Assembly: GCA_021806645.1 (NCBI GenBank)
Contig: JAJZQX010000012.1
Span: forward strand, 73,764 to 137,763
DNA length: 64,000 nucleotides
From: Myxococcales bacterium
Lineage (GTDB): Bacteria > Myxococcota > Myxococcia > Myxococcales > Anaeromyxobacteraceae
Direction of reading: 5' to 3'
Part shown: positions 45,339-51,991 of the stretch, one piece after another
Layout: every line of letters begins with the position of its first letter
Position numbering within the stretch: position 1 is the first letter of the stretch
The notes under the pieces: model-generated
Database searches by the model: none
Seen by the model: only the letters and a program-made list of their open reading frames with translations
Told to the model about the DNA's origin: nothing
Made by a program: the position numbers and the translations under genes

Positions 45339-47761
45339 GGCTTCGCTCCACCGCCGACGACCGTGATGGGCACGTCGACCACGTACTCGGCGTCGGCCGG
45401 GGGGAACAGCCAGGACGCCGAGCTGGCCTTGAGACAGGCCTCCAGCTCGTCGCCCCCGAGGTCGCCGTTGCCGACCTTGGTCCCGGTGACCTTGCCGGTC
45501 GGGGCGAGGTTGACCCGAAGCCTCCCCTCGGCGCCGGTCAGTCCCCGGCGCACCATCTGCTCCGAGACGCACCGCTCGATGGCCGGCTGGACCGCCACCA
45601 CCGCGTCGCGGAGCTGGCGCCTGGCGGTCTCGCCGCCCGCCAGCATGTCGCCGGCCGCCACCTCGCCGCCGCGGTCTCCGCGGGCCTGGCCGGCGGCGCG
45701 CAGCGCGGAGACCACCACGTCCACGCCTTGCGCGCCGGGCCGGGTGGTGATGCGCGTGACCACCTGCTTCGCCGGCAGCTTGCCGATGCCGACGACCAGG
45801 GCCTTCACCTCCTGGGCGCGCCGGTTGGCCTCGTTCATCAGGCCCGGCTCCCTGGCGCGGGCCCAGACCAGCACCTCGCAGTTCTCGCGGGCTGCCAGCC
45901 TGGCGATGCCGTCGATGGCCTCGCGGTCCAGCTCGGAGAGCGCGGAGGCCGGGGTGGCGAAGGTCACCACGGTGGCGGCGGCCACGACCTTCTCGACGGC
46001 GCCGCCGGGGTCGTACGTCTCGCGCCGGGCGTTGCCGGCGCCGGTCGCGGCGCCGCCCGCCTTCATGATCGCGGTGGGTGACTTGACGACCATGACGAAG
46101 ACCGACCTGTCCTTCGGGACCGGTGGGAGCGGCACGCCCGGCGCCGGCGCCCTGGTGGCGCCGCGCCGCTGCTCGGCGGCGCGCTGCTCGAGCAGGGTGA
46201 GCCGCTCGGCGCGGACGTCGAGGCGGCGCTGCCAGGTGTCGAGGCGCTGTGCGCGGGCATGGAGCTGGCGGGTGCTGGCGTCCACGCGCTCGCCGCGCGC
46301 GACCAGGCGGCTCTCCATGGCGGCCAGCATCCGCTGGCGCGCGGCCAGGGCCTTTCGGCGGAACTCGCCCTGGCGCGCCGGGGTCTTCTCGGCGCCGGCC
46401 TGGGCCAGCAGCCGCTCGGCCTCCTTCCGCTCGGCCTGTTCGCGGGCCTGGGCGTCACGCTCGGAGCCCAGCGCGGCCTCCCTGGTCGGGTTGAAGCCGC
46501 GCTCCTGGGCCGCCAGTTGCCGCTCGGCCGCGCCCAGCTCGGACTCCTGCGACTCGAGCTGGCGCTGCGGGCCGGTGGGGGCGCCGCGGACCACGATGCG
46601 CCGCTCGCGGGCCTCGAGCTGGGCCTCACGGGCCGCCAGCGCCCGCTCGCGCTCGTCGAGCTTGCGGGCGTCGGCGTCGAGGGTGGCCTCGTCGGCGTCG
46701 AGCGACTCCTCGGTGGCGCGGAGCCGCTTCAGCCGGGCCTCGGCCTGGAGTTCCTGGTCGCGAAGCTGGGCGGCGAGGACGTCGTCGGCGCTCGGGACGG
46801 GGACGCGTGGTGGCGCCGCCGCCAGCGAGCCGGCCTGCGCGGGCGGCGTGTACGGAGCGTACTGCCGGTGGCGAGGCTGGCCCAGTCGGCCCGGGTCGGC
46901 GCCGTGGATCCTGAGCCGGAACCGGGGGCGGTCGCCGAGGGCGAGGGACGGCGCGGCCTCCTCTTCGTCGGGCGGTGGCGCGACCGGCGCGGCGGCCGCC
47001 ACGGTGGCGCGGCGCTTCGGCACCCCATGGAACCCGAACCCGAGCGAGACCCGGACCCCCTGCTCGTCGGGGAGGTAGCTGGCGCCGAGCGACAGGCCGA
47101 CCCGCTCGGACAGGTCCCAGCGGATGGCGGCGCCAAGCAGGCTGCCCCGCGGGTTGCGGACCGCCTCGATCACCGCTTCCAGCCCGCTCCGGTGCCGGAG
47201 CTGGGCGGCCAGGCCGGCGGTCGGGCCGGCGGGGCCGGCGGCCTGCTTCTCGTAACCGGCGAAGCCGGCCAGCTTGAGGAGGCCCACCTGCGCGGTGGAG
47301 AGGATGAGGCGGCCGCCGCCGGCGCCGTTGTCGTTGAAGCGATCGAGGTAGCCGTCCACGGCCAGCCCGGGGCGCCAGCCAGAGGCGGCGACGAGGCCGG
47401 CCTTGAGGGCGGCGCCGAAGAGCATGGGGGCCGGGCGGGGATCGCCGGGGAAGCCGGACTCGCGCGCCGACACGCCCAGCTCCAGGCGGCCCAGGCCGAC
47501 GCCGAGTGAAAGAGGCAAGGGGCCGACGCGGTCCGTGGAGCCGGCGGCGTGGTCCCAGCCGAGCTCGAAGCCCAGCATGGCCGTCGAGGGTTCGATCACC
47601 TCGGCGGAGGGCACGTCGAGGAGGCCCGCCTCGCCCTGCCGGGTCGGGAAGTGGCCGGCCAGCGCCGCTTGCGGCGCCACCAGCAAGGCGAGGACGACGA
47701 GAGGTCCAGCGGTCGGGAGGCGGCTCAACTCACGCCCTCCCGTCGCCGCCACGCTCGCCAT
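45335..47761 (-). CDS. Large envelope protein: N-terminal barrel-like domain, long Glu/Arg/Ala coiled coil, OmpA-like region and an AgmX/PglI-type C-terminal domain
   Basis: Signal LVVLALLVAPQAALAG. Coiled-coil repeats (EARLKRLRATEESLDADEATLDADARKLDERERALAAREAQLEARERR...). C-terminus ...VQPAIERCVSEQM...GKVTGTKV...LEACLKASSASWLFPP. Confidence 0.65.
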   Translation of the reverse strand: MASVAATGGRELSRLPTAGPLVVLALLVAPQAALAGHFPTRQGEAGLLDVPSAEVIEPSTAMLGFELGWDHAAGSTDRVGPLPLSLGVGLGRLELGVSARESGFPGDPRPAPMLFGAALKAGLVAASGWRPGLAVDGYLDRFNDNGAGGGRLILSTAQVGLLKLAGFAGYEKQAAGPAGPTAGLAAQLRHRSGLEAVIEAVRNPRGSLLGAAIRWDLSERVGLSLGASYLPDEQGVRVSLGFGFHGVPKRRATVAAAAPVAPPPDEEEAAPSLALGDRPRFRLRIHGADPGRLGQPRHRQYAPYTPPAQAGSLAAAPPRVPVPSADDVLAAQLRDQELQAEARLKRLRATEESLDADEATLDADARKLDERERALAAREAQLEARERRIVVRGAPTGPQRQLESQESELGAAERQLAAQERGFNPTREAALGSERDAQAREQAERKEAERLLAQAGAEKTPARQGEFRRKALAARQRMLAAMESRLVARGERVDASTRQLHARAQRLDTWQRRLDVRAERLTLLEQRAAEQRRGATRAPAPGVPLPPVPKDRSVFVMVVKSPTAIMKAGGAATGAGNARRETYDPGGAVEKVVAAATVVTFATPASALSELDREAIDGIARLAARENCEVLVWARAREPGLMNEANRRAQEVKALVVGIGKLPAKQVVTRITTRPGAQGVDVVVSALRAAGQARGDRGGEVAAGDMLAGGETARRQLRDAVVAVQPAIERCVSEQMVRRGLTGAEGRLRVNLAPTGKVTGTKVGNGDLGGDELEACLKASSASWLFPPADAEYVVDVPITVVGGGAKP

Positions 47762-48170
47762 CGCTGGCGGCGCCGCGGGTGAGGCCGAACTGGTTGAGGG
47801 TCCGTTCGACCGACCGGACGCTCACGGCGTGGCCGAGCCGAAGGAGGTCGCCGGCGATCAGCGCGGCGCTGCGGTTGGGCTCGTGGAGGCGGGCCCGGAC
47901 GATGAACCGGACCACCTCGAGCGGACGGCGCCAGGCCGTCCGCGGGCCGGGTGGGCGCGAGAAGAGCCCTTCGAGCCCCTCTTCGCGGAACCGGCGGAGC
48001 TTTTCGTAGTAGGTGCTGCGGGACCGCCCGAACTCGGAGAGGACCTCGTCAAGCGGCCGCCCGCTCGTCTCCCCTTCCATGAGCATGAGGAGATCCGACC
48101 CGGCCTCGTCGTCGCGACGGAGCGGGAGCAGTCCCCCGGGACCTCGAATGGCGTGGAGTTCGGTCTTCAC
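47730..48170 (-). CDS. Helix-turn-helix protein resembling the N-terminal DNA-binding domain of IS481/IS630-type transposases. No catalytic domain is present.
   Basis: LDEVLSEFGRSRSTYYEKLRRFREEGLEGL...AALIAGDLLRLGHAVSVRSVERTL. It overlaps the start of the next gene by 32 nt. Confidence 0.55.
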   Translation of the reverse strand: MKTELHAIRGPGGLLPLRRDDEAGSDLLMLMEGETSGRPLDEVLSEFGRSRSTYYEKLRRFREEGLEGLFSRPPGPRTAWRRPLEVVRFIVRARLHEPNRSAALIAGDLLRLGHAVSVRSVERTLNQFGLTRGAASDGERGGDGRA

Positions 48171-48229
48171 GGTCAGGACAGAGGGGTTGGGGTGGGGCGA
48201 CGATATCCAGCGGATTGTGGCGGGCGCTG

Positions 48230-48271
48230 GAGCGGAAAGAAGCGCGGGGCGCCGGTTGCACGCCCCGCGCT
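48230..48271 (-). terminator. Intrinsic terminator downstream of the tetrahaem cytochrome gene
   Basis: Perfect 10-bp GC stem (GCGCGGGGCG, 48242-48251, pairing with CGCCCCGCGC, 48261-48270), 9-nt loop, followed on the minus strand by TTCTTTCC. Confidence 0.6.
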
Positions 48272-48281
48272 CGGGTGCCGC

Positions 48282-49046
48282 CTACTTGATGTGGCAGCCG
48301 CCGCAGCGGCCGTTGGTGACCGAGGTCGGGACGCGGAGGAAGAACGGGTTCGCGCTGGCCACGTTCTCGGTGTGGGGCTCGTGGCAGGTGCCGCACTCCA
48401 CCTGGAAGGCTCCGCCGGAATTGGCGAAGAGCTTCAGGTAGGCGCCGCCTGCCGACGCGCCGGACACGCACTCCGGGATGCCGGCCTGACAGCCGGCGGC
48501 GGTGGCCGTGCCGTACTGCGCGGTGACGGCGCTGGAGCCGACTTGCCCGGCGAAGGGGATGCCGACCGGGTGCTGGCCGTTGAGGTTGGTGTACGCGAGG
48601 TTGCTGGCGAGGAAAACGTTGCCGCCTGACACGGTCACGTTGCCGGTCGCGGTCGCGCTGATGGTGGCGGCGACCTGCGTGTAGGTGCCGAACTTGTTGA
48701 CGGTGGTGTTCATGGCCACCGAACCGTCATGGCAGGAGAGGCACTTCTGCGAGGCGGAGCCGAGGGCGGCGTTGGTGGCCGGAAGCGGCGTGCCGTTCGC
48801 GGTTGCGGTCGGAGACGTGAAGCCGGTCCCGGTCGGCGCCGGGCGGGCCCAGAGCGTGCCCTGGGTGGTGTTGGCGTTGTGCGGCATGTGGCAGAAGCGG
48901 CACATGTCCACGCCGGCGTCGGTGAAGTAGACGTTGCCCTGAGTGTTGGTCGAGGTCAGGTTGTGCTTGGTGTTGGAGATGGCGGCGGTGGCCATGGTCG
49001 GGATGGCGAGGGCCACCACGAAGAGGACCTTGAGAGCGTTGCGCAT
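48282..49046 (-). CDS. Small (254 aa) tetrahaem c-type cytochrome, OmcE/OmcS-like candidate filament subunit
   Basis: Signal MRNALKVLFVVALAIPTMATA. Four CXXCH motifs: CRFCH, CLSCH, CGTCH, CGGCH. Exactly 8 His in the mature part. First motif SNTKHNLTS...CRFCHMPHNA. The last motif sits at the extreme C-terminus (RCGGCHIK*). The protein is T/A/G/N-rich. Confidence 0.85.
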   Translation of the reverse strand: MRNALKVLFVVALAIPTMATAAISNTKHNLTSTNTQGNVYFTDAGVDMCRFCHMPHNANTTQGTLWARPAPTGTGFTSPTATANGTPLPATNAALGSASQKCLSCHDGSVAMNTTVNKFGTYTQVAATISATATGNVTVSGGNVFLASNLAYTNLNGQHPVGIPFAGQVGSSAVTAQYGTATAAGCQAGIPECVSGASAGGAYLKLFANSGGAFQVECGTCHEPHTENVASANPFFLRVPTSVTNGRCGGCHIK

Positions 49047-49170
49047 GAGAGACTTCCTCCGTTGTTCGGGGTGATCCCCGGCTGACCGGGCCGGGAGGCG
49101 ATGGACTCCCGCCCGGACCGTTGATTCGTGGGCGCCATGCTGGCCGCGCTGTCGGTGATGGCCTGGACCT

Positions 49171-49187
49171 TAGCAACCCCGATGCCA
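49171..49187 (-). promoter_or_regulatory. Sigma54 (-24/-12) promoter candidate for the tetrahaem cytochrome gene
   Basis: The minus strand reads TGGCAT-CGGGG-TTGCTA, with consensus spacing for TGGCAC-N5-TTGCW. The predicted leader is ~115 nt and ends in GGAGGAAG before the ATG. Confidence 0.6.
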
Positions 49188-49287
49188 GCCTTGCCGCGCG
49201 AAACTCCTCGGCTTTTCGCTTCCCGCCGGCGACCCGATTGGGCTCGAACACCCATCGATGGGGCATCTGCCCCACGCGAAGAGGACG

Positions 49288-50319
49288 CTATTGCTGGGCC
49301 GGGACCTCGACGAACTCGTAGACGTTGATGCGGGGCAACTGGGCGCTCTGCTCCCCGACGAAGATCCGCTTCCCGTCCGGGTGGATGGCGATGGGGCCCG
49401 GCATGTCGAGGTACTCGAGCATGTTGACCTTGCCGCCGAAGTACATCAGCAGCTGGTTCTTCTGGTTGAACATCTGGACGGTCGCGGTCTCGCCGTCCAC
49501 GACGTAGAGGATGCCGCGCGGGTCCACGGCCACGCCCTTGGGCCGGGCGAACTGCCCCGGGCCGATGCCGGACTCGCCGAAGAAGCGGATCAGGCCGCCT
49601 TCCGGGTCGAAGACCTGGATCCTGAAGTTGAGCATGTCCGAGACGTAGAGGTTGCCGTCCTTGTCGAGCGCCAGGTAGCCGGGGAAGTTGAACTGGCCTG
49701 GCGCGGTGCCGCGCGCGCCGATGGTCCGCAGCAGCTTCCCGGCCGTGCTGTACACCAGCACCCGGTGGTTCTGCGACTCGGGGAAGGAGCCGTCGGTCAC
49801 GTAGACCAGCTGCCGCTTGCGATCGAGGGCCAGGGCCGTGGGGCGCTCGGCGTCGCCGCCGAACTCGCGGAGGAACCGGCCGTCTGTGGAGAAGACCCGG
49901 ACCCGCCGCGCCGGGGGCTCGGAGACGTAGACGTTCCCCTCCTGGTCCACCGCCACGCCGAACGGCTGCATCATGCCGAAGTCGGGGGCGAAGCGATCGG
50001 CCCGGCCCTGGGCGAAGTCGAAGCGGACCACCTGGCCTCGCGGCTGGTCGGTCACGTAGAGGAGCTGCCCGTCCGGCGAGAAGGCGAAGCCGGAGGGCTG
50101 CTCGAAGGTGATGGGCTGGGTGCCGAGCAGGGCGCGCTGGAAGCCGCCCCAGCCGGTCTTCTCGATGTCGGCCCCCGAGGTGATGGCCTGTACGAAGCGG
50201 ATCCGGGCCGGGTCCGGGGGTGGGGGCCAGCGGACCTTGGCGCCCTTGAGCGGGGCCACCGCGCAGGCCGAGGCGATGAGCATCAGGGAGACGGCGGTGA
50301 GGCGCAGATCACGCGGCAT
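49288..50319 (-). CDS. NHL-repeat six-bladed beta-propeller lipoprotein (paralog of 42587..43603)
   Basis: Lipobox LIASAC. Blades LLYVTDQPRGQVVRFDF, NVYVSEPPARRVRVFS, LVYVTDGS...HRVLVYS, NLYVSDMLNFRIQVFD, ILYVVDGETATVQMFN. It shares the N-terminal WPPPP..ARIRF motif with the other NHL lipoprotein. Confidence 0.85.
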   Translation of the reverse strand: MPRDLRLTAVSLMLIASACAVAPLKGAKVRWPPPPDPARIRFVQAITSGADIEKTGWGGFQRALLGTQPITFEQPSGFAFSPDGQLLYVTDQPRGQVVRFDFAQGRADRFAPDFGMMQPFGVAVDQEGNVYVSEPPARRVRVFSTDGRFLREFGGDAERPTALALDRKRQLVYVTDGSFPESQNHRVLVYSTAGKLLRTIGARGTAPGQFNFPGYLALDKDGNLYVSDMLNFRIQVFDPEGGLIRFFGESGIGPGQFARPKGVAVDPRGILYVVDGETATVQMFNQKNQLLMYFGGKVNMLEYLDMPGPIAIHPDGKRIFVGEQSAQLPRINVYEFVEVPAQQ

Positions 50320-50342
50320 GGGGCGGTGCTCCTTGGGACGGG

Positions 50343-51953
50343 CTACGGATGGCCGGACGAGGAGGCGCGCCGGACGGCCTCCTCGTCGATGGAGATCCTG
50401 GCGGAGGCTCGGAGCCGGGCGAGGAGCTGCTCAACCGCGCGCTGGCCGGCCTCGGCCCGCCAGCGGGCCTCGACGCCGGCGCGGACCTCGGCGAGGTCGG
50501 GGGTCCTCTCCGGCCGGATGGTCTCGCAGCGGAAGAGGTACTGCACCGGTCCGGCCGCGACCGGGCCAACCAGCTCGCCGGCCGGCGCGGTCTTGACCGC
50601 GCGGGCCAGGGCGGATTGAGCCGCGTCCCTCTCCATGGCGGCGAGGGCGGCCCATGAGACGTCGCCCAGGTCACCGCCCAGGGCGGCGCTGGCCTGGTCG
50701 ATGCTGGCGGCGCGGGCCACGGCCGGGAAGGGCTCGCCGGCCTCCAGCCGCCGGCGCACGGCCGCGGCCGCGGCGGCGTCGGCGACCACCACGGCGCGGC
50801 ACCGCCGGGTGGTGGGGATCCGGTAGTCGGCGGCGTGGCGGCGCAGGTACTCGGCCTCCTCGGGCCCGGTGGGCGCCTTGACAGCGGCCCGCATCGAGAG
50901 GGTCAGGGCCGCCGCCATCGCCTCGCGGCCGGCCGGCGCCAGCTCGGCCAGCACGGCCGGGCTCCGATCGGTGCCGGCGCGCACGGCATCCGCCTTCAAC
51001 ACCAGGTCGTCCACGAGCGCCCCGGCCATCTCCACCTTCACCGCCCCGCCGAAGGCGTGCCCCTGGGGCCGCCCGCGGAAGGCGTCGTCGATGAAGTCGA
51101 GCAGCTCCCCGTACCGAACCTGGCGCTTGCCGACGGTGGCCACCACCCGGTCCGACCGGGCGCGGTCCACGGAGGGGCCGGTGGAGAGGATGAAGGCGTC
51201 GTCGATGGTCACCTTCTCGCGGGCCCGCAGCTGGTCGAGGTAATGGCGGCGCGCTGAACCGCGGAGCTGCTGCCTGGCGAAGCCCGTCAACCGCTCGCGG
51301 TTGGCCTGGAACTCGGCCTCGGTCCCGATTGCGCGGGCGGAGACCTGCAGCACGGCCCACCCCAGCTCGAGCGGCACCGGCCCCACCACCTGGTCGAGCG
51401 GCGCCTCGAAGGCGGCCCTGGCCACGCCCTTGTCGAGCTGGGCGCGGCTGCGCAGCCCGAGCTCGCCGCCGGTGCGGACCGTCTCCGGGTCGAGCGAGGC
51501 CGTGGCCTCGGCGGTGAAGGTGCCGCCGGCCTTGAGGCGATCGCGGGCCCGCTCCGCCGCGACCTTGGTGGGCAGCACCAGGAGGCGGAGACGGACCGAG
51601 TCGGCGCCCATGTGGAACACCTCGCGAAGGGTGGCGTCGTCGGGGTTGATCCCCTCCATAGCCGCGTCGAGGTGGCGCCGGGCGGCGATCCGCAGGCGGG
51701 TCTCGTCGAGCTGGCCCGCCAGCATCGGAGGCAGCGATAGCCGGAGCCGCTCCGCCTCGGCGGCCAGCAGCACCTCGTCCACCAGGCCTTGCGTGACGAC
51801 CTCGGCGGAGACCTGCTCGCCGCGCTGGCGGCGGGCCTCGAGCCGGGCCCGCAGTTCCCTCGCGGAGATGGAGACGCCGTCCACGGTGGCCACCGGGGCG
51901 CCGCCGGCGGGCGCCGCGGCCAGCAGCAGCGAGAGCAGCAGGGTGAAGCTCAA
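50343..51953 (-). CDS. SurA-like periplasmic chaperone / peptidyl-prolyl isomerase with two parvulin-like domains
   Basis: Signal MSFTLLLSLLLAAAPAGGA. SurA-N-like region (ATVDGVSISARELRARLE). Two rotamase-like segments (...GGELGLRSRAQLDKGVARAAFEAP...GWAVLQV and ...GGDLGDVSWAAL...VQYLFRCE). Confidence 0.7.
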   Translation of the reverse strand: MSFTLLLSLLLAAAPAGGAPVATVDGVSISARELRARLEARRQRGEQVSAEVVTQGLVDEVLLAAEAERLRLSLPPMLAGQLDETRLRIAARRHLDAAMEGINPDDATLREVFHMGADSVRLRLLVLPTKVAAERARDRLKAGGTFTAEATASLDPETVRTGGELGLRSRAQLDKGVARAAFEAPLDQVVGPVPLELGWAVLQVSARAIGTEAEFQANRERLTGFARQQLRGSARRHYLDQLRAREKVTIDDAFILSTGPSVDRARSDRVVATVGKRQVRYGELLDFIDDAFRGRPQGHAFGGAVKVEMAGALVDDLVLKADAVRAGTDRSPAVLAELAPAGREAMAAALTLSMRAAVKAPTGPEEAEYLRRHAADYRIPTTRRCRAVVVADAAAAAAVRRRLEAGEPFPAVARAASIDQASAALGGDLGDVSWAALAAMERDAAQSALARAVKTAPAGELVGPVAAGPVQYLFRCETIRPERTPDLAEVRAGVEARWRAEAGQRAVEQLLARLRASARISIDEEAVRRASSSGHP

Positions 51954-51991
51954 GGTGTTTCTCCTCGACCTGGAAGCGGAGCGGCTGGAGC

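Noticed and set aside
45189-47509. Plus-strand ORFs 45189..47078 (629 aa) and 46259..47509 (416 aa)
   Set aside because: These are Ser/Arg/Ala-rich and antisense to the coiled-coil/OmpA/AgmX-like gene, which has a signal peptide and a recognisable C-terminal domain.
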